Source: Octopus bimaculoides (Eukaryota). From it: DNA of 32,916 bases. The notes below the pieces were generated by a model. It made no database searches. It was not told where the DNA came from and saw nothing but the letters and a program-made list of their open reading frames with translations. The stretch spans positions 57,013,658 through 57,046,573 of the forward strand of contig NC_068982.1 of NCBI RefSeq assembly GCF_001194135.2, written 5' to 3'. Numbering within the stretch: the stretch's first letter is position 1; every line of letters begins with the position of its first letter. Positions 16,024 through 26,341 of this stretch are shown one piece after another. Position numbers and translations under genes: made by a program.

Positions 16024-16398
16024 TATATAATATACGTAGACTTTATAATCGTTTATTACAACAGCACAATTGTCTCAATATATTGTATATTTAAAGGTGT
16101 GTAGCAATCTAGATTCTATAAAACAACAGAATCTTGGAAGCTCGTGTAAACAGAAACAAAGCCAATCTAAAATGTATGACAATATCATAAAAAAATTTGA
16201 CAATAACGAAGAAATCTTATTTTCATTTATTTAAACACTAAAACTGATTTAGAAAAGGATAACAAAAAAAATACAAATGAGAAGGAAAAAAGAGAACGAG
16301 GAGGTTAAAGAAAATGTTTGTGTATATATATATATAACATGATATATCATTTACTTGCTTCAGACATTGAACGAGAACATGGTGGATCACTGTCGTAG

Positions 16399-16504
16399 AA
16401 AACATGGAACGCTTCATGAATTTATGCCTAATCCTTGTGCAGAGGCCATGCTTACTCTCCCTGTATTATTTCAATTCTAGAATATGTACTGCCGAAGCGA
16501 GTAC
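16399..16504 (-). pseudogene. U6: full-length degenerate U6 spliceosomal snRNA copy
   Basis: The reverse complement (GTACTCGCTTCGGCAGTACATATTCTAGAATTGAAATAATACAGGGAGAGTAAGCATGGCCTCTGCACAAGGATTAGGCATAAATTCATGAAGCGTTCCATGTTTT, 106 nt) aligns without gaps to human U6 as I recall it, with about 21 mismatches. The 5' stem-loop is intact, the ACAGAGA box is changed to ACAGGGA, and several CpG sites are decayed. Confidence 0.9.
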
Positions 16505-16967
16505 ACAATATGTATCATACATAATGTGCGACAGACTATATTATATCATACATTGTGCATATTTTATATCTATGTGTGTGTATGTGTGTGCGTGTGTATG
16601 CGTGCGCGTGTGTGTGTGCGTATATGTGTGCGTGAGTGTCTTTGTGTGTGTGAGTGTACGTGTGTGTGTGAGTGTGTGTGTGTGTGTGTGTGAATATATA
16701 TGTATATCAATCTTAAAAATTATATACCTAGTTATAACAAGGGATTGACTATAGGCCTCTCTACGCGCTGGAAAAATAGACGCCAAAGATGCTATTACCA
16801 CCTGAAAGTCTCCGCTGTTACCACCTGAAAGTCTACACACTGGGTTGTAGGCGAGAAAAAAAGGATAATGAATTAAACTTTTGGTTAAACGTGTACAACT
16901 GAGATTTACCAAATCTCTGAAAATTTGATAATGCAATCAGCTTATAAGATCTCTTATATATATATAT

Positions 16968-17097
16968 AATTTGAAGAAAAGCAACAAAAATTCATTAGGT
17001 TATAGCAGTACGTACGTTTCGTACAAACTTCATTTATTTCTGTAGTGAGAACACCACATAAGATGTGCAATGAATTTTTGTTGCTTTTCTTCAAATT
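16968..17097. repeat. perfect 29-bp inverted repeat with a 72-bp spacer
   Basis: AATTTGAAGAAAAGCAACAAAAATTCATT (16968-16996) and its exact reverse complement (17069-17097). Confidence 0.95.
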
Positions 17098-17840
17098 TTC
17101 TTCACCAAATCTCTTGATTTTGGTTTTGGTCTTTACCCTACCAAATTCTGGTGCCTCAAACATTTTAAGTACGACATTTAATCTTTTGATTAAATCTATA
17201 TTATATATATATATATATTTGTGTGTGTGTGTGTGTGTGTATACACATATATACATATATATATATATATANNNNNNNNNNNNNNNNNNNNNNNNNNNNN
17301 NNNNNNNNNNNNNNNNNNNNNNNNNNNNNNNNNNNNNNNNNNNNNNNNNNNNNNNNNNNNNNNNNNNNNNNNNNNNNNNNNNNNNNNNNNNNNNNNNNNN
17401 NNNNNNNNNNNNNNNNNNNNNNNNNNNNNNNNNNNNNNNNNNNNNNNNNNNNNNNNNNNNNNNNNNNNNNNNNNNNNNNNNNNNNNNNNNNNNNNNNNNN
17501 NNNNNNNNNNNNNNNNNNNNNNNNNNNNNNNNNNNNNNNNNNNNNNNNNNNNNNNNNNNNNNNNNNNNNNNNNNNNNNNNNNNNNNNNNNNNNNNNNNNN
17601 NNNNNNNNNNNNNNNNNNNNNNNNNNNNNNNNNNNNNNNNNNNNNNNNNNNNNNNNNNNNNNNNNNNNNNNNNNNNNNNNNNNNNNNNNNNNNNNNNNNN
17701 NNNNNNNNNNNNNNNNNNNNNNNNNNNNNNNNNNNNNNNNNNNNNNNNNNNNNNNNNNNNNNNNNNNNNNNNNNNNNNNNNNNNNNNNNNNNNNNNNNNN
17801 NNNNNNNNNNNNNNNNNNNNNNNNNNNNNNNNNNNNNNNN

Positions 17841-17871
<31 letters not shown>

Positions 17872-18399
17872 GTATATATATCAGATATTTCTTCATCTTT
17901 AATGAAGCAAAATTCCTGTTATATACAAACACACACATTACATACATAGCATTTAAATATATATGACATGTAGAAATACTAACGAAATCTCCCTCATGTG
18001 CCAACAAATTCCGAAAGGCATATGGATGATGTAAGCTAAGAGACATCACGCGCAAAGAAAGGATGTGGTGGTCATTAGCTTCGTCATCGTCTGCTTCTCC
18101 ATCAACCTTGACCTGTATCTAGGCAAAATAATCAACAACAACGCTATACATAGTCACGCATTAAAATACATTCATATGTGTGCATACGCTTCGAGGATAG
18201 GATGGGTTAGACGGGGGCAGTGTAAGTATATGATTAAAACAAAGGACAACATTAACTTCTTTTATAAGGACACTTCCACTCACCATATGTTAGAGCCATA
18301 TGTTCGGCTGACAAGCGATGATGAGGTGACAAACAGACACAGAGGCACACAGACATAAATATAAAGTTATATGTATGTATATATGTATGTATGCATACA

Positions 18400-18560
18400 G
18401 CGGGCTTCTTTCAGTTTCCGTCTACCAAATTCACTCACAAGGTTTTGGTCGGCCCGTGGCTATACTAGAAGACATGTGCCTAAGACACCATGCAGTGGAA
18501 CTGAACCCCAAACCATGTGATTGGGAAGTAAACTGATTACTACACAGCCATGCCTGCCCC
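18400..18560 (-). mobile_element. tRNA-derived SINE, family B
   Basis: Minus strand reads GGCAGGCATGGCTGTGTAGTAATCAG..CATGGTTTGGGGTTCAGTTCCACTGC..GGTAGACGGAAACTGAAAGAAGCCCG, running into (ATAC)n. A more decayed relative lies at ~22485-22585. Confidence 0.75.
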
Positions 18561-18571
18561 TATATATATTT

Positions 18572-18735
18572 TGCTCGTTTCAGTCATTCAACTGCGGCCA
18601 TGCTGGGGCACCACCTTGAAGTATTTAAGTCGTATGAATCGACCGCAGGACTTATTATCTTAAAGCCTGATACTCATTCTATCGGTCAATTTTGCCAAAC
18701 TACTTGTTTACGAGGACGTAAACAAACACAGGCTG
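18572..18735 (-). mobile_element. SINE-like repeat, family D
   Basis: CGTTTCAGTCATTCAACTGCGGCCATGCTGGGGCACCACCTT..AATCGACC has an opposite-strand relative at 30095-30170. Confidence 0.7.
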
Positions 18736-19299
18736 ACAATCAATAGTGGTGGAGAGGAGCACAGAGACAGACACAAAGACACATACACACACAAACACGC
18801 ACACACACACATATATATATGGATGTATCTTTGTTGTCAAATGTTCACTTCATGGTGCCTTCGTGATATCGGTTGCAGTCTCACAGAACAATGACACACT
18901 GAAGGTATGCCATCTACTTGAGATTCTGTTTAATCAATGTGGCTTTAGTAAATTTAGTATACGGGAACTGTATAGAAACCAGTTGTATAAATATGTATAT
19001 GAATTTTTATGCGTGTGCCCATGCGAGCGCGAACTTGAATATGTGTTTGCTCCTTTCTCAATGAAACGACTTTGTTTATCTCCTGTAATTGACTGCTTAC
19101 ACAAAAAAGGATGCCAGTGGAATAATAACCAAATTTTAAAATATTGGGGGTCGATTTGTTCCATAAAATTTGATGGTCATCATTGGAATGGAACTCCTCT
19201 CGTATTTAGAGCGCACTGCACCAGAGTCCTTACGAGAGCGAGCATTTTAGTCTTCGTAAGCAACGATTTTCATTGCTGCCGAGCAGCACCGGGCAGATA

Positions 19300-19654
19300 A
19301 CTTATTAAGTGCATATCGGAGTAATGCTATTCGATAGAATGCGTAGCTCGTACCCACTATTTATCTGAATTGTGAGGTCAAGCTCTGATACTACGGATAC
19401 TTAGTAGGAGTGTCTCAGGAAAGAATAACTGGACAGGTTCTACGGGCAAAACCAAACCAACAGAGGGCCCAGGAGTAGACCGCTAATAAGCTGGTTAGAT
19501 AACATTTATGACCTCGGTTTGATCTCGCTCTGAGATCCGACTGGCACAATTGAAAACAATTTCTTGTGACAGAACTCAGTAGAAGGTGCGCTTGAGAACT
19601 CTACCCCCTCGATCTTCACCGGAATAAATGAGCGAAGGTGAAATGAGATGAGAT
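19300..19654 (+). mobile_element. RTE-clade LINE 3' fragment
   Basis: Broken plus-strand frames give HIGVMLFDRMRSS, VSQERITGQVLRAKP and RPLISWLDNIYDL, typical of post-RT RTE C-termini. It ends in a short GAGAT-repeat tail. Confidence 0.7.
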
Positions 19655-19954
19655 TACTGGAATGTCTTTGGTCACAGGCCTGTTGCTATACCAAAGTTGA
19701 TTTAGAGCTAAAAGACAACAGCGACAAGAATAACCTTATGCATAGCCACGTGGTACGTAGACTATGGTGGAGTGCTTAACTGAGGTGTCATAATGTAAAT
19801 GTTATTATAAGCCTTTCAAAGCTGTGCCTTGGCATTGCTGCAGTCCACTCAGTGCAATAAATATAAGAATTTTGTAAAACGTCTCTTGAGCCCTCGGACT
19901 CTGAGGGCCAGTAATCCAGTTTCCAAGGTGTATAACTGACCGAGAATACAGATT

Positions 19955-20152
19955 TCAAGGCCAGTAATTTTGAATGGAGCAGGCAAATCGGTTACATTGA
20001 CTCAAGTACTTGGCTGGTACTTTATTTTATCAAACTCCGAAAGGATGAAAGGCAATTTGACTTCGGCGGTATTTGGACGTAGAACGTAAAGATTCTGAAG
20101 AAATGTATCAAAGTATTTTGTCCAATATGCTAACGATTCTGTCAGTTGCTAC
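19955..20152 (-). mobile_element. SINE family A copy
   Basis: CTGGTACTTTATTTTATC..CCGAAAGGATGAAAGGCAATTTGACTTCGGCGG..AGAACGTAAAGA..TGCTAACGATTCTGTCAG. Confidence 0.8.
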
Positions 20153-20304
20153 TTTAAATCTAAGAATAGGGCTATGTATAAAGTGTGAATCGAAAGAAAG
20201 TAGTGCAACGGGAAGTACTTACGTATATCTGCACCACTCACCACACACACAAACGNNNNNNNNNNCAAACGTACACACACGCACGCACGCACACACACAC
20301 ACAT

Positions 20305-20343
<39 letters not shown>

Positions 20344-20667
20344 TATGTGCATACACGCTAGCATGTAGAGACACTAACGAATGACAGTTGTACAAAGGTT
20401 TTACAGAACTGGTAGAGCATCGGGTAAAATCAACGCACAACATTTGCTTGTGTTTCGAAATCAGTATAGAAAAACAGAACAGTAGTGATTGACCCTAAGG
20501 GTTAGAGGGTAAGATAAAATCTTACACGATATTTATTTGAGCCCGTTCACGCCCTGAATTCGAATGCTGTGTAGATGAACCTTGAAGATTTGTAGATGGT
20601 AGAATCGACTGCTCCTTCTTCTTAAACCAGTACATGGTCGTCTGCGGTTGATATAAAAATGCAAAAA

Positions 20668-20872
20668 GACGGTGAGATGGTAGAATGGTTAGCATGCCGA
20701 GCAAAATGCATAGTAACATTTTGTCCGTCTTTACGTTCTGAGTCTAAATTCGTCTTTGGTTTTCATCCTTTGGGGGTCGATACATTAAGTACCAGTTGAG
20801 CACTGGGGTTGATGTAATCGACTTACCCACTCTCTCAAACTTGCTGGCTTTGTGTTAAAATTTGAAACCAAT
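20668..20872 (+). mobile_element. SINE family A copy (sense)
   Basis: GGTGAGATGGTAGAATGGTTAGCATGCCGAGCAAAATGC..CTTTACGTTCTGAGT..TTTCATCCTTTGGGGGTCGATA..AAGTACCAGTTG matches the reverse complement of the minus-strand copies. Confidence 0.85.
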
Positions 20873-21090
20873 ATATAAGTACACACACGGGATTACACAT
20901 AGAAATATAGTCACAAACATAACGAAATAGAATATAACCAACCCAAAGGCGGAGCCTTTACGTGGCCATTCAAAGTGATTGAAATACCAGCTCAATCTAC
21001 CATTTTAAATATTTGACAATCATAGATTGCGTTAAATAACGTGGTTTTAGATTCCCTGGGCATACAAAAAAAAAAGAGAAAAGCAAAAAA

Positions 21091-21180
21091 GACAGGATAG
21101 TTATGACTGTTATCTTTGATCATAGGTCTGTGCCATCATACCTGACCTGTGGCTAAACGGAAACCCAACAGCGATAACAA
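21091..21180 (+). repeat. dispersed short repeat (probable SINE 3' tail ending in AAC-rich sequence), family F
   Basis: CTTTGATCATAGGTCTG..CTGACCTGTGGCTAAAC has related copies at 19656-19725 (+) and 711-775 (-). Confidence 0.6.
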
Positions 21181-22484
21181 CATAGAAATGTAACAAAAAC
21201 AACAAAACAAACAATAATAGTAATTCTAACAGAAAAATAAACTAGTAAAATCGTGAACGATATAAAAATAGTCTATAAAAATACCATAAAATAAATACAT
21301 GAGAACAGAAGGAAAAAGGAAAAAAAATGACATTGTAGAGGAACATGGTAATTAAATGTTGACAGGATTCTTTGAACGTTAGAGCTAAATCCACTGTTTA
21401 GAAACATGCCAAATTCCTCATTGGCTATCTCCCAAAATCTTACGTGGGAACCATGCCAGCTAATTAGAGCGATATAATAATGTTTGTGTTGAATGTTTAA
21501 TTCTAATGAAAATATATGTTTTTCTTTTTGACTTGTGCAGATATACATAGATATGTACAGACTGACACGTATATATTTTTATAGTCACACACACACACAC
21601 ATGTGCACACACCAGACACACACACACACATACGTACATACATACAGACATACGCGAATACATGCACACAAATATGTGTATATGTGTCTCTGTCTGTAAG
21701 TTATTCGTCGATATGCTAAGAGACAAAATCTAATATATTTGTTCAGGCTCTATATTGAATTATTTCATATACAGTACACACACATAAACACACACACACC
21801 GTCTGTCTATCCATGTATTTGCGTTTATATGTCTGTCTGTAGGGTGCGTATCATAACAATAAAATATTTATCAATTGTAGCAATTACTATATTAATTTAA
21901 TACACACTCCTATATACATGCGTAGTGTATGTAATATATATATATATATTTGTATATGTACACAAAGAGAGAGAGAGAGAGGAAGAAAGAGACAGAGGAG
22001 ACAAAGAGGGAGAGAGGCACAATGTATACTACATATATATCCATGAATATAACAGAAATGATGTACACTCTAAGCAGAAATTCAGTTTAAATCCGGCTTT
22101 ATTTATTGAACATTTCTCGAGCTTCTATTGATAAACTGTACAGATAGTAGTATACAAGGATATTCACAGCAACAGCATTAGGTAATAAATGCGGCAGAAT
22201 TAGGTAATAACTGATGATTCAACCGTTTTGTTATCATATTCCAGCGTTATTTATATAATTTATTATGCCCTCGCCAAATATATACGTATAGCTACATATG
22301 TGCTACGTTAGCCGAGCACTGTCTTAATATTCTAATGTTTTTAACCGAATTCGTAGGATACTGAATATAGATTAGCAACAGAGGCAGTATTAATACCGAG
22401 GGGTAAAATTTATCTCCACTTAAACGTGGAAATCCTGTTAGAACAAACTTCACTACGATAGATACTATGAGAGAAACTTTCGTA

Positions 22485-22585
22485 TTGGCTCGAGGGTATA
22501 GCAGAACACATTTGCCTCAGGTGACTCGCACTTGGCCTGAACACGGTTGGGAAGTAACTTTTATAACACAGCCATGTCTATGCGA
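22485..22585 (-). mobile_element. decayed SINE family B fragment
   Basis: GGCTCGAGGGTATAGCAGAACACATTTGCC..GGTTGGGAAGTAAC..ACACAGCCATG is similar to 18450-18552. Confidence 0.55.
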
Positions 22586-24336
22586 ATGTAAGCCACGCCT
22601 GAGTCTCTCTCTCCTTCCCCCTCTCTCCCTTCCCTCCCCTCCCCTCTCCCATCCCCTCTCTCTCTATGTATATAATTCCAAGAGAGTTAGAGGTTGTGAA
22701 TCCAACCAACTAAGGGATAATATCGATCTAGTATACCGCTGGTAGAATACCCAATTATTAATACACAAGTGTTTCTTCCTTGCATGGCAATTACACTACT
22801 GAATATAATAAATGGGTGAGAGTAAAAAGTTGTTTTACTCATAATTTATACAGCAATAAGAAAATGGAGGGGATGAACAGGTGGTATTCGTCAAATTTTA
22901 GATATTATATTGTCTATTTATTTATTAAAAAAAAAAAACAATTATAACAATATACATACATGTATAACATATTAGGCTTTACATATATAAAAGTACAAGT
23001 AATTATTAAAATATATAACGTAGAACATAGAAAGTAGAATAGTTTCTTACAGCTGTTTCAGCCAAGAGGTCATAGTACCCCACTTTACTTCCATCCCTTC
23101 AGTGAACTGAAGTATATGGTAGATAAGATTAAGGTACTTGGGTGTGTCTCTGGGCTTCGTCAGAGAGTTTAGAAAGTTCATAAGGCTATGTTATAAATAT
23201 AAATGCATATATATATATATATATATACACACTTTTACATATACATATATATACATGAATATACATAAATACACATCTATACATTTATATTTATATGTAT
23301 ATGCATACAAAGGAATCAATTATTATTATTAGGNNNNNNNNNNNNNNNNNNNNNNNNNNNNNNNNNNNNNNNNNNNNNNNNNNNNNNNNNNNNNNNNNNN
23401 NNNNNNNNNNNNNNNNNNNNNNNNNNNNNNNNNNNNNNNNNNNNNNNNNNNNNNNNNNNNNNNNNNNNNNNNNNNNNNNNNNNNNNNNNNNNNNNNNNNN
23501 NNNNNNNNNNNNNNNNNNNNNNNNNNNNNNNNNNNNNNNNNNNNNNNNNNNNNNNNNNNNNNNNNNNNNNNNNNNNNNNNNNNNNNNNNNNNNNNNNNNN
23601 NNNNNNNNNNNNNNNNNNNNNNNNNNNNNNNNNNNNNNNNNNNNNNNNNNNNNNNNNNNNNNNNNNNNNNNNNNNNNNNNNNNNNNNNNNNNNNNNNNNN
23701 NNNNNNNNNNNNNNNNNNNNNNNNNNNNNNNNNNNNNNNNNNNNNNNNNNNNNNNNNNNNNNNNNNNNNNNNNNNNNNNNNNNNNNNNNNNNNNNNNNNN
23801 NNNNNNNNNNNNNNNNNNNNNNNNNNNNNNNNNNNNNNNNNNNNNNNNNNNNNNNNNNNNNNNNNNNNNNNNNNNNNNNNNNNNNNNNNNNNNNNNNNNN
23901 NNNNNNNNNNNNNNNNNNNNNNNNNNNNNNNNNNNNNNNNATACATACATACAAACATGCGATATGTTTCCTATTGAGGGCTTGAGATAAAGGTCCACAA
24001 TAAGTGGGTTAGAATTTACATTAATATTTGTGGTATTAGTCGGTACTAAAAGTAATAAATTTCCGGGTATTAATCAAGATACTTGATTATTTTCCGTTAC
24101 TTTTTGTTTATCGAGTTGCTGAAATCCTGCAGGAAGTGGGGAGGGGGTTATGGTCAGTCCCGTAATCTAATTGGTCATCTACTGTTTTGAAAGGCCATGA
24201 CTTTGTTATGGTTGGTTAATGGATAACCGATAACATAAACAACAAAGTAGGCAAAAATATATAAATGTATACAAATAAAAAAACAAATGATCCAAGGTTA
24301 ACTATTAGTAGGTAGGATAGTAAAAATCAATAAAGA

Positions 24337-24388
24337 AATTAATATAGGGATATATATTAATTTCTTAATATATATCCCTATATTAATT
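24337..24388. repeat. perfect 24-bp hairpin with a 4-nt loop
   Basis: AATTAATATAGGGATATATATTAA-TTTC-TTAATATATATCCCTATATTAATT. Confidence 0.95.
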
Positions 24389-24389
24389 G

Positions 24390-25510
24390 AACTTCTTCAC
24401 TACCTCTTTCCAGAATGGACAGTTGATTTTAAGCTTGTTTCATGATAATTCAGTGACATTTAGTTTCTCATCGAATTTGGGTTCTGCGGTTGTCATTGTG
24501 GGTCTCCCTCAGAAACGCTTCTACATCTTTTCTGGGGCTGGTCGATTGCCCTGATTTAGTCTCACCCAACAGGGTTTGGGTGAATCTAAAAGAGTTCTTG
24601 ATTAACCATGCCCGTTTTCTCTCCCTCAGTTTCCTCCGCTTCCGGCTGCTTTCCTCCCTTCTAAGCCAATTTAGACGTTCCCGGAACTGAGTTGTAAAGT
24701 CCTTGATACCTTTCCTTTCTTCGTCAGGAGCTCTTTTACGCTGATAATTGAGTCTCTTGATTTCTCCAATCAAGTGATGCGTCTCTCTTTCTCTTCTGCT
24801 CAGATCCATTTTGACTGTCGTGATAACCAACCTGTTTTCTGTTTCGAAGCGACCTTTCGCTATATTGAATGAGATAGTTACAAGAGCATTCACATTTTGC
24901 TCAGCTGTACCTGCTAGCGTGCATTCAAATATTTTGTCGAGGTCTTGGTTTAGTTGTTTAAAACATCTTGCCACATTTGGTTCGATGTATCGCTGGATGG
25001 GATTGACCGTCTGAGGTGGTGGTATTTGGATAGGTCGTCCAACCCGGGTACTTCGGATTAAACTGGCGCTGAGAGACTTATAGTTCTGTAGGGTGCCTCC
25101 TGCCCGTGGAGTTCTCCTGTGTTTCAGCAGGTGTTACCATTGTACGCTGCACCTGTGGCTACTCTTTTCTACAGCCAGAGTTGGTTCGGTGTACATTCAA
25201 CCTTTTCGTGTACTTGTAGATTTTCTACAGCGACATTTTACTTTCAATATCTTCTCATTTTGCTTTCAATGTCTTCTCATTAATGAGGTTTGGGGCAGTC
25301 TCTGTGTCCCTAAATCATTCCTGGTCGTTACTACTGAATCTGTCATGTTAAGTTTCTCATCCTCATCCAGCCTCTAAGGAGACGCCGGGTGTGTCGCTTG
25401 GTCATGGTTTATGTAACCGATTCGGTGCTTTTCGCAAGGGCTGTGCTTGACGTTACTAGCTTCATACGCCCATGCCCAACTTTCTTGGAAGACACTGGTT
25501 TCCCAGAACC
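24390..25510 (-). mobile_element. 5' (N-terminal) part of an RLE-type LINE, most like the Hero clade; lacks RT
   Basis: The frameshifted translation has a zinc-finger remnant KCRCRK..RK/GLNVHRTNSGC, then QRTMVTPAETQENSTG..EAPYRTISL. ORF 24468-24974 reads QDLDKIFE..NIAKGRFE..RLNWLRREESSRKRRKLRERKRAWLIKNSFRFTQTLLGETKSG, and similarity ends at PFWKEVVKK near 24390, before the RT domain. These match my recollection of Hero-type pre-RT regions. Confidence 0.75.
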
Positions 25511-26284
25511 TAATATTATTAATGAAACCTTGAGAGTGCTTCTTTTCCATTCATCAACACACATATATATATGTATATGTATATATATNNNNNNNNNNNN
25601 NNNNNNNNNNNNNNNNNNNNNNNNNNNNNNNNNNNNNNNNNNNNNNNNNNNNNNNNNNNNNNNNNNNNNNNNNNNNNNNNNNNNNNNNNNNNNNNNNNNN
25701 NNNNNNNNNNNNNNNNNNNNNNNNNNNNNNNNNNNNNNNNNNNNNNNNNNNNNNNNNNNNNNNNNNNNNNNNNNNNNNNNNNNNNNNNNNNNNNNNNNNN
25801 NNNNNNNNNNNNNNNNNNNNNNNNNNNNNNNNNNNNNNNNNNNNNNNNNNNNNNNNNNNNNNNNNNNNNNNNNNNNNNNNNNNNNNNNNNNNNNNNNNNN
25901 NNNNNNNNNNNNNNNNNNNNNNNNNNNNNNNNNNNNNNNNNNNNNNNNNNNNNNNNNNNNNNNNNNNNNNNNNNNNNNNNNNNNNNNNNNNNNNNNNNNN
26001 NNNNNNNNNNNNNNNNNNNNNNNNNNNNNNNNNNNNNNNNNNNNNNNNNNNNNNNNNNNNNNNNNNNNNNNNNNNNNNNNNNNNNNNNNNNNNNNNNNNN
26101 NNNNNNNNNNNNNNNNNNNNNNNNNNNNNNNNNNNNNNNNNNNNNNNNNNNNNNNNNNNNNNNNNNNNNNNNNNNNNNNNNNNNNNNNNNNNNNNNNNNN
26201 NNNNNNNNNNNNNNNNNNNNNNNNNNNNNNNNNNNNNNNNNNNNNNNNNNNNNNNNNNNTATATATATAGTCACGTTTAGATTA

Positions 26285-26310
26285 TCTATATATATAAAAA
26301 TGAGAATGTG

Positions 26311-26341
<31 letters not shown>

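Noticed and set aside
16795-16834. Direct repeat with a short spacer as a CRISPR-like array
   Set aside because: Only two 17-bp units with a 6-bp spacer, in eukaryotic DNA with no cas genes; a simple tandem duplication.
16954-17256. Minus ORF resembling a plausible exon (DLIKRLNVVLKMFEAPEFG...)
   Set aside because: No recognisable homology, and the region is better explained by the inverted-repeat structure. It cannot be excluded without RNA-seq.
18065-18358. ORF starting with a hydrophobic stretch (VVISFVIVCFSINL)
   Set aside because: Short, with no family motif or supported splice boundaries.
18746-19300. 184-aa plus ORF
   Set aside because: It begins in SINE/microsatellite sequence and has no recognisable domain; likely a chance ORF upstream of the RTE fragment.
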